DNA of 64,000 nucleotides from Terriglobia bacterium (GCA_963695545.1 OY968796.1:2464001-2528000), one strand, 5' to 3'. Positions 44,417 to 54,967 are shown, numbered from the stretch's first letter. Notes: generated by a model from the letters alone, not told the origin. Made by a program: numbers and translations.

Positions 44417-46113
44417 TGATATCGGTACAACTGTGCGCGGCGAGTCGTGGGAACGCCGGCGGGGAAGGTCAATCCCTCGCCGGACAAATTTTCCGCGGCG
44501 GCGGCGGAGAAATCATAGCGCAATTGTGTTTCGTCGCCGTTGAGCCAGCGGCCGGGCTTCCACTGGCCGTCAACGAAAGTGCCATCCTCGACTTTTGCGA
44601 AGCCGACGACGGCCGGGCCGGGCGTGTTGGGTGTGAATGTGACTTGCACATCGGCGCCGGCGACGATGAATTCATCGGGGGCGGTTGCGATTGCAAGCGC
44701 GTATCCGCTATCGGGCACGACGGTTGAGCGGCGCGTGACGCGCAGCGCGAAATGAAGCGTATAGCCGCCGAGCGAGACATCTTGCGACGGTCGATCTTTG
44801 GAAAGCCACACGCCGGCGATTGTGCCGCTCGCTTGGTGCTCAAGGATCACGGGAGCCATGGCGGAGAGCATCGCGTAGGCTTCGGGAATCGGCGCGGTGG
44901 GATCATCCTGGGATTCGATCGCAAACGGCGAGTAGCCGATCGAACCGGCGCCGACGGCGTAGAAAGCGTTGGCGGCCCCGACGGAGCCGGCTAAGGATTC
45001 GGGCACGAAGATTGGATTTCCGTTGCGGCTGTAGCTGGCGAGGATGTCCGGAAAATCGGGCAAGTAGACGTCAGGCGCGAGCAGATCGATGTGCGGTGCG
45101 GCGGATTGCCAAACGTCGTGCATCTGCGCGACAGCGCCGCCGCTCGGATAATCGCCGGGGCCTTTGTCTTCGGGCTGGACAATCCAAGTGTTGATGTACA
45201 TCGGGAGCGGCAGTTCGGTTTTGCCCGCGACGACGACGCGATCGATGTACCGCGCGTAGTTCCAAGCCATGAAGATTTCATCGGCAGCCGGACCGGGGCC
45301 GAAGACCTCTTGCCACGTGCCGGAAGTTTTTGCGCCGGCGTCTTCCCAGGTTTTGCGGAACTCGGGCAACAGAGTGTCGTGGTGCGCGGCGAGATACGCC
45401 GTCAGCTCTTTCGGCACGGGTTGGTTGAACGCGGCGTTGGCCGCGCGGGAGTGGTCGCGCGAATCGCCGAGGACGCCGACCTCATTTTCGACCTGGATGA
45501 AGAGGACAGTGTGTTGCGCGGAATCCACTTCGCGAAGATGGCGCAGCAGCGCGGCGAAGGCGCGCGAATCGGCATCGCGATTTGAATCGCTGAACGTGGA
45601 AAGAATCTCGAGATATTGGCCGCTGCTATTCTGAACGAGCGGAAAGCGCGCGGGATCTTTTTTGATCCACGCCGGCGCGTAGGTGGAGCCGGAATTTTTC
45701 CAACTGGCGAGCCAGAGAAGAACCAGGCGGAGATTGTTGCTGCGGGCGTCGCGCAGCAGACCGTCGAGAACGGTGAAATCGAAGTGGCCTTCTTCGGGCT
45801 CGATTTGCTGCCAGGTTACCGGCGTCAGCACGGTGTTCAGATGCATCGCGGCGAGCTTGGGCCAGATGGGTTGCATGTACTCGACGCTCGAGGAACTGGA
45901 ATTGTGCAACTCTCCGCCGAGGACGAGATACGGTTTGCCGTCCACGATGAGTTGCGTGACGGCGCCATTTTTCTGCAGATGGGGAAGAGCAGCGTCTGGA
46001 GCGGGCTGTTGCGCGGCTGCGCCAGGCACGGCGACGGCGAGCGCAGCGGAAAAAATCGCGGCGCGCAGGGCGGCGCGGCAAACGGACGCGCTAGATTTCA
46101 TCGATGGCCTCAT
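44413..46113 (-). CDS. GH35-like beta-galactosidase with DUF5597 domain, secreted
   Basis: LGGELHNSSSS, WQQIEPEEGHFDF, QVENEVG, YPSGG, IFVPES, RWLNGDET. ATGA overlaps with both neighbours. Confidence 0.85.
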   Translation of the reverse strand: MRPSMKSSASVCRAALRAAIFSAALAVAVPGAAAQQPAPDAALPHLQKNGAVTQLIVDGKPYLVLGGELHNSSSSSVEYMQPIWPKLAAMHLNTVLTPVTWQQIEPEEGHFDFTVLDGLLRDARSNNLRLVLLWLASWKNSGSTYAPAWIKKDPARFPLVQNSSGQYLEILSTFSDSNRDADSRAFAALLRHLREVDSAQHTVLFIQVENEVGVLGDSRDHSRAANAAFNQPVPKELTAYLAAHHDTLLPEFRKTWEDAGAKTSGTWQEVFGPGPAADEIFMAWNYARYIDRVVVAGKTELPLPMYINTWIVQPEDKGPGDYPSGGAVAQMHDVWQSAAPHIDLLAPDVYLPDFPDILASYSRNGNPIFVPESLAGSVGAANAFYAVGAGSIGYSPFAIESQDDPTAPIPEAYAMLSAMAPVILEHQASGTIAGVWLSKDRPSQDVSLGGYTLHFALRVTRRSTVVPDSGYALAIATAPDEFIVAGADVQVTFTPNTPGPAVVGFAKVEDGTFVDGQWKPGRWLNGDETQLRYDFSAAAAENLSGEGLTFPAGVPTTRRAQLYRYQ

Positions 46114-47315
46114 TTCACGTTCACGCCCCAAACTTTGGAGAGGCGCGAGGTTCCTGCGGGGCCCGCGACGTCGAGGATTACGGTGTAGCGGCCGGATTGC
46201 TGATACTGGTGAATTGGAAATTGATCGGTCGAGCCCGAGCCGTCACCGAAATCCCACTTCCAGGATGTGGCGCCGACGGAGAGATCCTTGAACGCGACGA
46301 GGCGACGGTCCATATCAACGACGGTGAAGGACCACTCCGCGTCAATCGCTTTGCGGAATTGCGGCTCAAGGGGCATGAGGCGGAATTCGCACAGGAAGGA
46401 AGCGTTGCCATACATCTTGTGCTGATTCGAGAGATTCCAGAAGCCGTCGTTGCCTTCTTTATTTACGTCGTTGTAATCGATCACCGCCCACGACAGGCCG
46501 ATCAACTTGTTTTCGTAGAGATTGGATTCAACCGAGCGCAGCGGGCCTTCGGCCGCGGCGTAATCGAAAGGCGTGATGAAGAATTCGAGCGTGAGTTTGC
46601 CGGATTCGCCGGGTTTGAAATTGTAGGAATAGGCGTGATTCGAGTAGGGCAACTCTTTCAGCCACTGCTGCGGGCCCCACATCATGGTCCAGTCCTTGTT
46701 TTCCGCCGGCGTGAAGATGTGATAGTTCTGCGCGTGGACGCTTTGGAACGAAAAAAAAGCGTCGCTGGGGCTGAGGTCTTTGTTCGGATGTTGTTCGGCG
46801 ATCAGCGGGCCGCCGGAAAGATCGCCGTCGACGACGATCTCGAAAGTGTCATTGTGCAGATCGGGGCGCGCGAAATCCCAATACTTATCGTAGGCTTGAT
46901 AGAGGAAAAAAAGTTGATTGAGGCCTTTCACCCAGCCCACTTTCACTTTCACGTCGAGATACGCGGGATCGGGCGCGGGATGCTTGCCGGTGTCGTCATG
47001 CATGCGATCGATGCCGATGGTGTAGTCGTCAGGAACGATATTCCAATCGGAGGCGTCGCCGTCGATGCGCGGAATCATGTTGGGAGGGAATTGAAAAACT
47101 TTAAAGACGGTGCCGGGGCAGCCGCCGCCGCTCGGTTCGGGCGATTGCGAAACTTGTGACGCCGGAACGAACTCCCGTTGCGAACTGGGCGGAGCTTGGG
47201 GCTGTTCCGGCGTCGACGGAGTCGCCTGCTGCGCCGCGGCGGGGAGCGCCGCTGCCGCAAGGATCGGCACACACACGAACGTCATGATGCATCGAGCAGA
47301 TCGACGCAGCTTCAC
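46110..47315 (-). CDS. Secreted CBM9/DOMON-like domain + PKD domain protein
   Basis: IPRIDGDASDW N-terminal motif and a PKD tail (FKDLS..SWKWDFGDG..P.HQY..GRYTV). AGGAGG RBS before GTG 47315. Confidence 0.75.
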   Translation of the reverse strand: MKLRRSARCIMTFVCVPILAAAALPAAAQQATPSTPEQPQAPPSSQREFVPASQVSQSPEPSGGGCPGTVFKVFQFPPNMIPRIDGDASDWNIVPDDYTIGIDRMHDDTGKHPAPDPAYLDVKVKVGWVKGLNQLFFLYQAYDKYWDFARPDLHNDTFEIVVDGDLSGGPLIAEQHPNKDLSPSDAFFSFQSVHAQNYHIFTPAENKDWTMMWGPQQWLKELPYSNHAYSYNFKPGESGKLTLEFFITPFDYAAAEGPLRSVESNLYENKLIGLSWAVIDYNDVNKEGNDGFWNLSNQHKMYGNASFLCEFRLMPLEPQFRKAIDAEWSFTVVDMDRRLVAFKDLSVGATSWKWDFGDGSGSTDQFPIHQYQQSGRYTVILDVAGPAGTSRLSKVWGVNVK

Positions 47316-47417
47316 TGGATTCCTCCTAAACGCGAGCGCAAAACCCGGTTTCGCCCGGCGGATCGTATCAGAAGCGTTTCGGGCCATGACGCCGCTTGCC
47401 TGCGGCTCAATCAATAA

Positions 47418-48623
47418 TTACTGCGGCCAGACGCGCAGCAGCACCACGCTGTGCGCGGTCAGGGTCGCGGTGTATGAGCCGGACATCGTGCCGAGATCTT
47501 TGCCGGCCCAGAGATCGCGCACTTTCACATTGCCCGTGATACCGAGCTTCGCGAAATCCACCGAGAAGGTCATCAATCCCTGCTGGCGATTGAACATGGC
47601 CACGGCTTGCGATCCATCGGCCATGGGCTTGGACCAAATTTCCATCGGTCCTTCGGCCCACACGCGATCGCCTTGCTTGCCGGCGGGATCCTGATCGACG
47701 GCGATGACGTCGCGATTGGTGAGCAGCGCGATGGTTTCCGGCGACATCGTGGAAAGATCGTTACCGGAAAGCAGCGGCGCGGCGAGGATCGCCCAGAGAC
47801 TCATGTGCGTTTTGTATTCGTCGGTGGTCATGCCGCCGTTGCCGACTTCGAGCATGTCGGGATCGTTCCAGTGGCCGGGGCCGGCGTATTTCGAGAGGCC
47901 GGCTTGCTCGAAGCCGATGGTTTCCATGCGCGCGTAGTGATCGTTGATGTCGCCGGTGGTGCGCCACAGATTCGCGCCGGCCGCGGGAGCCCATTGCCAC
48001 ACGGCGCCGTCGCCGTATTGGCAGAAGCTATAGACCATCGGGCGGCCGGTTTTTTTGATGGCGTCGCGCATCTTGACGTAGGCGTCGACCATCATTTGTT
48101 GCGCGGCCGCGGGCGTGGCGGCGGTTTTCATTACGTCGCGAAAACTGCAGAGATCGTATTTCAAATAGTCGATTCCCCAATTTGCGTAAGTCTGAGCGTC
48201 CTGATCTTCATGATTGAGGCTGCCCTCGAAGCCCGCGCAGGTTTTGGCGCCGGGGCTCGAGTAGATGCCGAGCTTCAATCCTTTGCTGTGCACGTAGTCG
48301 GCGAGAGCTTTCATGTCCGGGAATTTGCTGTTCGGCTGGATATTGCCTTGGGCGTCGCGATCGCCTTCCCAAGTGTCGTCGATGTTGATGTAGACGTAGC
48401 CGGCGTCGCGCATGCCGCTCGAGACCATGGCGTCGGCCTGCGCGCGAACGGTGGCATCGTCAATTTTGCGCGCGAAATGATTCCAACTGTTCCAGCCCAT
48501 CGGCGGCGTGGCGGCGACCTGCGGGGATTGCGCGCGAACGGGCGACGAAAGGCACAAAACGAGAATCAAAAGTGCGGAAGCCACTCCAAATGCACGCAAC
48601 GCGGCGTGCCTAATCCGATTCAT
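47418..48623 (-). CDS. Glycoside hydrolase family 27 alpha-galactosidase, secreted
   Basis: TPPMGWNSWN, NIDDTW, IDYLKYDLC, WRTTGDI, WNDPDMLEVGN. Start taken at MNRIR. Confidence 0.92.
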   Translation of the reverse strand: MNRIRHAALRAFGVASALLILVLCLSSPVRAQSPQVAATPPMGWNSWNHFARKIDDATVRAQADAMVSSGMRDAGYVYINIDDTWEGDRDAQGNIQPNSKFPDMKALADYVHSKGLKLGIYSSPGAKTCAGFEGSLNHEDQDAQTYANWGIDYLKYDLCSFRDVMKTAATPAAAQQMMVDAYVKMRDAIKKTGRPMVYSFCQYGDGAVWQWAPAAGANLWRTTGDINDHYARMETIGFEQAGLSKYAGPGHWNDPDMLEVGNGGMTTDEYKTHMSLWAILAAPLLSGNDLSTMSPETIALLTNRDVIAVDQDPAGKQGDRVWAEGPMEIWSKPMADGSQAVAMFNRQQGLMTFSVDFAKLGITGNVKVRDLWAGKDLGTMSGSYTATLTAHSVVLLRVWPQ

Positions 48624-48929
48624 TATTTTTCTCCCTCGAAATGCAGGCCGATCGCCGCGTGGCGCGAACGGTTCGGCGTGGTCTGACTGGCGCATCATAT
48701 CACTGCTGGTCTCGGCGCGAAGCAATCAGCCATTGGACTGAGTGCGCGACGGTTTTTGCCGGATAGCATCTTCATGTAGAGTAGACACCCGCGGATCGAC
48801 GCTCGACGGACGAAGCAACGCGTTTCGCGCGGGCCGGTTGGCTCGGCGGAACGCGTCACGCGGATCGGCAATGGCGTGGCTGATCGGAAATGTTTCTGAA
48901 TGGCCGACGCAGATGTGCAACGGAGAGGC

Positions 48930-50084
48930 ATGACTTCAGCATTCGATCTGCTCGAAAAATTTCGCAGAAAATTCGGCGGCGACGCGCGCGTGTTTCGCGC
49001 GCCGGGCCGCGTGAACCTGATCGGCGAATACACCGATTTCAACGATGGCTTTGTGATGCCCGCGGCCATCGGCCGAAACTGCTGGGTGGCTGCCGGGCCG
49101 CGCTCGGATCGCAAGCTGGTGATTCGTTCCGAAGATTTTTCGGAGACGTACGAATGGGATTTCGCTTCGGGCGATCCGGCGGGAACCGGCACGTGGAGCG
49201 ACTATCCGGTGGGCGTTGCGGTAATGCTGCGGAGAGGCGGCGCGGCACTCGGCGGAGCGAATCTGTTGATCGAAGGCGACGTGCCGATCGGGGCTGGCCT
49301 TAGCTCTTCGGCGGCCATCGAAGTGGCCACCGGCTACGCGCTATTGGACACCTCAGGATTGCCGGTCAACGGCCTGGAGCTTGCGCGCGTGTGCCAGCGC
49401 GCGGAGAACGGATTCGTCGGGGCGCGCACCGGGATCATGGACCAATTCGCTTCCGTGTTCGGGCGGGCGGGCCACGCGATCGTGCTGGATTGCCGCTCGC
49501 TCAACTATGAGCTGGCGCCGATTCCGAGTTCGGTGCACCTGGTGATATGCAATACGATGGTGAAGCACGAGAACTCGTCGGGAGAATACAATTTGCGGCG
49601 GGCACAATGCGAAGAGGCGGTGGTGCGTCTGGCTGCGTTTTATCCGGGGATCACCGCGCTGCGCGACGTGACGATCGAGCAGCTGGATCGGCAACGCGAC
49701 GCGTTGCCAGAGGTCGTTTACCGGCGGGCGGCGCATGTGGTGGCTGAAGACGCGCGGGTCCTGGCGGCCGTCGAAGCGCTTGCCGCGGGCGATCTTGTGG
49801 CGTTCGGCGAGCGCATGGCCGAATCGCACGAGAGTTTGCGGATGTTGTTCGAGGTCAGTTCGCCGGAGCTGGATGTGATGGTGCAGTTGGCGAATCGACA
49901 GCCGGGCGTATTCGGTGCGCGCATGACCGGTGGGGGATTCGGCGGCAGCACGATCAATGTGGTCGAAGCAGGAACGGCGGAGCGCTTTGCCGCGAACATG
50001 ACGCGGGCCTACGAAGAAGCGACCGGCCGGCGTCCCGATATTCAGATATGCGATCCTGGGCCGGGCGCGGGGCGCGCGGACTGA
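48930..50084 (+). CDS. galK: Galactokinase
   Basis: APGRVNLIGE.TDFNDG, PIGAGLSSSAA, GIMDQ, GARMTGGGFGG. Confidence 0.95.
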   Translation: MTSAFDLLEKFRRKFGGDARVFRAPGRVNLIGEYTDFNDGFVMPAAIGRNCWVAAGPRSDRKLVIRSEDFSETYEWDFASGDPAGTGTWSDYPVGVAVMLRRGGAALGGANLLIEGDVPIGAGLSSSAAIEVATGYALLDTSGLPVNGLELARVCQRAENGFVGARTGIMDQFASVFGRAGHAIVLDCRSLNYELAPIPSSVHLVICNTMVKHENSSGEYNLRRAQCEEAVVRLAAFYPGITALRDVTIEQLDRQRDALPEVVYRRAAHVVAEDARVLAAVEALAAGDLVAFGERMAESHESLRMLFEVSSPELDVMVQLANRQPGVFGARMTGGGFGGSTINVVEAGTAERFAANMTRAYEEATGRRPDIQICDPGPGAGRAD

Positions 50085-50108
50085 GCGCGGCCGACCGAAT
50101 ACATATAT

Positions 50109-51155
50109 ATGGATGACCAATTTCTAAGCGAAACTCCCCACCGGCGCTTCAACCCGCTGACGCGCGAATGGGTGCTGGTTTCGCCGCATCGAGCGAAGCG
50201 GCCGTGGCTCGGCAAAGTGGAAGCGGCGCCGACCGGACGCGAGCCGGAGTACGATCCGACCTGCTACTTGTGTCCGACGAACGCTCGGGCCGAGGGCGTT
50301 CATAACCCCGACTACAAAGCTACCTTCGTCTTTGACAACGATTTCCCGGCGCTTCTGCCTGATGCGCCGCCGGGGGCGGTGGACGAAGGCGGCCTGATCG
50401 TGGCGCGCACGGAAGCGGGTCGCTGCCGCGTGGTGTGTTTTACTCCGCGGCACGATCTGACGATTCCGCGCATGTCGATCGAAGAGATTCGGCGGGTCGT
50501 CGAGACATGGGCCGATCAGTACAGCGAGCTGGGCGGCCTGCCGTATGTGCGACACGTGCAAATTTTTGAAAACCGCGGCGCCTTGATGGGCGCGAGCAAT
50601 CCGCATCCGCATTGCCAGATATGGGCCGAAGCGGAATTGCCGAATGTGCCGGCGAGCGAACAAGAGTCTTTGCGCGAATATCGAGATCGGCAGCGCGGCT
50701 GCATGTTGTGCCGCTATCTTGAACTGGAGCTCGCGCGGCAGGAGCGCATCGTGTGCGCGAACGAAGGCTTCGTGGCGCTCATGCCGTTCTGGGCGGTGTG
50801 GCCGTTTGAGACCATGGTGCTGAGCCGGCGGCACGTGGCAAGTCTGGTTGATCTAAGCGATTCGGAAAGATATTTGCTCGCGGATTTGCTGCGGCGATTG
50901 ACGACTCGCTACGACAATTTGTTTGAATCGCCGTTTCCGTACTCGATGGGTTTTCATCAGAGCCCGACGGACGGCGAACCACACCCGGAGTGGCATCTGC
51001 ATGCGCACTACTTTCCGCCGCTATTGCGCTCGGCGACGGTGCGAAAATTTATGGTGGGCTACGAGCTGCTCGGGACGCCGCAGCGCGACCTGACTCCGGA
51101 AAGCGCGGCCGAGCGCCTGCGCGACCTCAGCGAAACGCATTACCTCGATCGATAA
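50109..51155 (+). CDS. galT: Galactose-1-phosphate uridylyltransferase
   Basis: [49 protein letters not shown]. Confidence 0.96.
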   Translation: MDDQFLSETPHRRFNPLTREWVLVSPHRAKRPWLGKVEAAPTGREPEYDPTCYLCPTNARAEGVHNPDYKATFVFDNDFPALLPDAPPGAVDEGGLIVARTEAGRCRVVCFTPRHDLTIPRMSIEEIRRVVETWADQYSELGGLPYVRHVQIFENRGALMGASNPHPHCQIWAEAELPNVPASEQESLREYRDRQRGCMLCRYLELELARQERIVCANEGFVALMPFWAVWPFETMVLSRRHVASLVDLSDSERYLLADLLRRLTTRYDNLFESPFPYSMGFHQSPTDGEPHPEWHLHAHYFPPLLRSATVRKFMVGYELLGTPQRDLTPESAAERLRDLSETHYLDR

Positions 51156-51265
51156 AGCTAGCTGCAACTCGCCGAATCGAACACGCAAGCCGGCAGCGCG
51201 GGCGCTCGGCACACGGCCCACGCTCGCGCCGCCGTGTTTGGCTCGCTTGAAGTTGAGCTGCCGAG

Positions 51266-54200
51266 TTAGTTTGTCGAAGCCGCGTCAATGTTGAGCGTGA
51301 TGTTCGTGGAACTCGTGGCAAGTACGGTGCTCCCTGTGCCGGTCACGGTGATGAGGTACTGCCCCGTTGGCGTGCCGGTGGTTGTGGTCGCGGCGGTCTT
51401 ATGGCAAGACGCTAGCGCCATGCCCATGGCGACCACCACGGCGACGGCCATGCCGAATCGCGCGAACGCGCCACGCCGCTGCTTCCTTATCCCATCGATC
51501 AGCAGTGCGCAGAGGATGACTAACGCTACGAGAATTCCGCCGAACGCCCCGAACGTATCGAACGGAGCGCCGCCGACCGGCGGCGTGAGTCGCGACGTCG
51601 TTGTGGGTGCGACGGTGGAGATCGACAGGGAAACGGTCGCGGTGGTAGTGCCGGGCGTGACCGTCGGCGGCGTAAACGTGCAGACAGACTCCGCCGGCAG
51701 GGTCGTGAGATTACAAGTCAGCGTAACCGCCGTTGAGTAATTACCCTCGGGTTCGACAGCGATAAGGTACAGGCCATTCTGACCCACCGTGACGGTTTGC
51801 GTCGTCGGGATTGCGGAAATGGCGAAGCTCGCCGCGCCAACCGTTTGCGTGAGCGGCGTCGAAGTCGTGCTCGCATCGTCCAAAGCGTCGCCGGAATAAT
51901 TGGCGTTGATCGTATATGTACCGAGCGCGAGGGACGAAACCATGGCCGACGCCACGCCATCGGGCTGCAAAGTTCCCTGGCCAAGAGTCGTGGCCGGATT
52001 CGTCGATGAGTTCACGAACGTCACCGTTCCGGTTGGCGTGCCCCCGACTTGTGGCGTGACGGTTGCCGTGAACGTAACCGGCCCGCCCAGGAAACCCGGG
52101 TTTGGCGCCGAGGTAAGCGTGACGGACGTCGTCTGTGGTCCGATCTGTATCGGCAAGGTCGCAGACACGCTCGACGCGGTGTTGGCGTCGCCGCCGTATG
52201 TGGCCGTGATGGAATGCGGACCGGGAACGAGCGTCGAGATCGCGAAGGTTGCCACGCCGGTCACGCCCACGGTATGTACCGGTACAGAGCCGAGTGTGGT
52301 CGAGCCATCCGCAAATGTCACTAAACCAGTGGGGATTTCCGCGCCGGCCGGCGTCACCGTCGCTGTGAACGTGATGCTGGAGCCTGCCGTATTCGGATTG
52401 CCCGCGTTCGAGGTGAGCACCGTCGATGTGGCTTCGGGAATGATCGTGAACTCATAAGCCGTGATGCTGCCGATCAACGGGCTGCTCAAACCATTTGCGG
52501 TGGCGGCCTGCGCGTCTGCGGCGAATGCGTAAAGAATGTGCGCACCGACGCCAATCGCCCCGGTCCCGCCGGAAAACGAGTTGCCGCCTCCAGTGGCCGC
52601 AAGCCACGGCCCTTGCCAAGTATCCACTTGGAAATAGACGTCAGCCACGGCGGGCGCATTGGGAGCGAACGTACTTGCCGTCGTGAAGTTAAACGTCGGG
52701 GCGCCGATGAACTGATTGCCGGCGAGCGGCGCAATCGTCGTGGTGAGGGGAACCGCTTGCGCGCCGGCCTCGGGAAACACGCTCACGTTGCCGCTCGTCG
52801 TATTTGAAACGAAGACCGTGTTCGTGATGGGATTCACGACGATGCCGGAGGGAGAATTGCCGGCGGCGACAGTGCTTACGGAGTTAGTCGCCCCGTCGAT
52901 CACGGTCACAGTGGAGCCGAAAGAATTTGCGACGTAGATCTTGTTCGTCACGGGATTGACGGCCACGGCCACGGGGCTCGAGCCCGTCGGCACGGTGGCG
53001 GTGCCGTTGGTCGCACCGCTGATGACCGTCACGTTGTTGCTGCCTTGATTGACGACGTAAATCATGTTGGTGATGGGATTGACAGCCACGGCGACGGCTC
53101 CGCTTCCGACCGCTACAGTGGCGGTGGTATTCGTGGCGCCATTGATCACCGTGACGGTTCCATCTTCGTTCGCCACGTAAATTCTGTTGGTCACCTGGTT
53201 CACGGCCACGGCGGTCGGATCGGCTCCAACGCTTACGGTGGTTGCGACGTTCGTCGCTCCGCTCACGACCGTGACGTCGTTGCTCAGCTCGTTCACGACA
53301 TAGACGTTGTCGCTTACCGGATTCACGGCCACGGCGACGGGTTTGGTTCCGACGGGCACCTGGACCGTCGAATTCGTCGCTCCGTTAATGACCGTGATGC
53401 TGTTGCCCTGTTCGTTCGCGACATAGATTTTGTCGGTCAAGGGATTCGCGGCCAGGGCCGTCGGTTCGCTTCCGACCGGGCCGATGGGCACATTTATGGC
53501 CGTATTCGTGGTCGCATTGATTGCCGTCACGCTAGCGCTATTCAGATTCGCGACGTAGATCTCGCTGGTCAAGGGGTCGTCGGCGACGGCGATGGGATTC
53601 GATCCGACTGGGATGGTCGCCGCGATGGCATTGGTGCGCCCGTTGAACACGGTCACACTCTGGCTGCCGAAGTTTGCCACGTAGACCTGATTTGTCGCCG
53701 GGTCCGCCGCACCGGCCAGAGGGTCGCTCCCAACCGTTGCGAGCGTTGGAGTGTTGGTCGCACCGTCGATCACGGTGACGATGTTGGTGCCCAGATCCGC
53801 CACGTAAATCTTGTCCATCGTGGAGTTCACGGCTACCGCGTGGGGGCCCGCGCTCGTGGTCAACGTCGCGGTCACAGCATTCGTCGCTCCGCTGATCGCG
53901 GACACCGAGCCGTTGCTGTTGCTGTAGTTCGCGACGTAAATCTCATTGGTCGTTGCGTTCACGGCCATAGCGGAGGGCGAAGGCCCAATCCCGGCTCCCG
54001 AGATCGTCGCCGAAACGCTATTCGTCGCCCCGCTGATTACGGAGACGCTCCCGGCGCCTCCAGAATTCGCCACGTAGATCACGTTCGAGACCGGGTTCAC
54101 AGCCACGGCGGCGGGACTCGATCCGACCGGTACGGATGTCGTGCCGTCCGTCGATCCGTTGATGACCGTAACGCTGTTTCCGCCCTGATTAGCGACATAG

Positions 54201-54967
54201 ATCGTATTCGTGATTGGGTTCACGGCGACGGCTACCGGGCCGCTGCCGGTGACCACGGTCCCCGAGAGGGAATTGCTCGCGCCATTGACTATGGTGACGC
54301 CGCCGGCACCGCCATTTTGAGTCGCCACGTACACTAGATCCGTTACCGGGTCCACGGCCAAAGATGTGGGTTCGCTGCCGGCAGCCAATATCAGACTTGT
54401 GGCGACAGCTGCCGTTACGGCCGGTGTGTCCGATGCGCCGTTGATAATCGTGACGCTTCCGGTGCCGGCGATCTCGTCGGCCACGAAGACTATGTTGGTG
54501 GCGGCATCCACCGCTATGGCGTTGGGCGCGCTTCCCGCGGGAAGTGTGAGGGTCGTGGTGGCATTCGTGGGCCCGTCGATCACCGTCACGGTGCCGCTGC
54601 CGAGGTTGGCGACGTAAATCTGGTTGGTTACTGGGTCCACGGCGATGGCGTCGGGGCTCGATCCGGTGGAGACGCTGACGATGTTGTTTGTCGCGCCATC
54701 GATGACCGTCACGGAACCCGCGTTCTGATTCGCGACGTAGATCTTGTTTGTGACCGGGTTCACCGCCACGGCGTAGGGAGCGGCTCCGGAAAATACGCTG
54801 GTTGTGACCGTTTGCGCGCGAGCGCATGGGGCCGCCACCAGCGCGCAGAACACCAATCCTAAAATGGCGATCTCGACTGCAATCTTGCTGGCAATATCGT
54901 GAACCATCCTCGAACTGTCGCGAAGGTGGTTTCTGGCATAGCTTCCGGAAATCATTTCTGTCGGCAC
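51266..54967 (-). CDS. Large surface protein: 16 YVTN-type beta-propeller repeats, Ig-like (Big_3) domains, and a C-terminal TM/lipobox tail
   Basis: 16 copies of P.AVAVNP.TN.IYVAN..SVTVI.GATN, two TFTATVT..PTG.VTF..Y.GD Ig repeats, and a signal peptide. True start may be ATG 54907. Confidence 0.88.
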   Translation of the reverse strand: MPTEMISGSYARNHLRDSSRMVHDIASKIAVEIAILGLVFCALVAAPCARAQTVTTSVFSGAAPYAVAVNPVTNKIYVANQNAGSVTVIDGATNNIVSVSTGSSPDAIAVDPVTNQIYVANLGSGTVTVIDGPTNATTTLTLPAGSAPNAIAVDAATNIVFVADEIAGTGSVTIINGASDTPAVTAAVATSLILAAGSEPTSLAVDPVTDLVYVATQNGGAGGVTIVNGASNSLSGTVVTGSGPVAVAVNPITNTIYVANQGGNSVTVINGSTDGTTSVPVGSSPAAVAVNPVSNVIYVANSGGAGSVSVISGATNSVSATISGAGIGPSPSAMAVNATTNEIYVANYSNSNGSVSAISGATNAVTATLTTSAGPHAVAVNSTMDKIYVADLGTNIVTVIDGATNTPTLATVGSDPLAGAADPATNQVYVANFGSQSVTVFNGRTNAIAATIPVGSNPIAVADDPLTSEIYVANLNSASVTAINATTNTAINVPIGPVGSEPTALAANPLTDKIYVANEQGNSITVINGATNSTVQVPVGTKPVAVAVNPVSDNVYVVNELSNDVTVVSGATNVATTVSVGADPTAVAVNQVTNRIYVANEDGTVTVINGATNTTATVAVGSGAVAVAVNPITNMIYVVNQGSNNVTVISGATNGTATVPTGSSPVAVAVNPVTNKIYVANSFGSTVTVIDGATNSVSTVAAGNSPSGIVVNPITNTVFVSNTTSGNVSVFPEAGAQAVPLTTTIAPLAGNQFIGAPTFNFTTASTFAPNAPAVADVYFQVDTWQGPWLAATGGGNSFSGGTGAIGVGAHILYAFAADAQAATANGLSSPLIGSITAYEFTIIPEATSTVLTSNAGNPNTAGSSITFTATVTPAGAEIPTGLVTFADGSTTLGSVPVHTVGVTGVATFAISTLVPGPHSITATYGGDANTASSVSATLPIQIGPQTTSVTLTSAPNPGFLGGPVTFTATVTPQVGGTPTGTVTFVNSSTNPATTLGQGTLQPDGVASAMVSSLALGTYTINANYSGDALDDASTTSTPLTQTVGAASFAISAIPTTQTVTVGQNGLYLIAVEPEGNYSTAVTLTCNLTTLPAESVCTFTPPTVTPGTTTATVSLSISTVAPTTTSRLTPPVGGAPFDTFGAFGGILVALVILCALLIDGIRKQRRGAFARFGMAVAVVVAMGMALASCHKTAATTTTGTPTGQYLITVTGTGSTVLATSSTNITLNIDAASTN

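Noticed and set aside
52770..54810. DNA tandem repeat or CRISPR-like periodicity
   Set aside because: The periodicity is fully explained by protein-level YVTN repeats with synonymous divergence.
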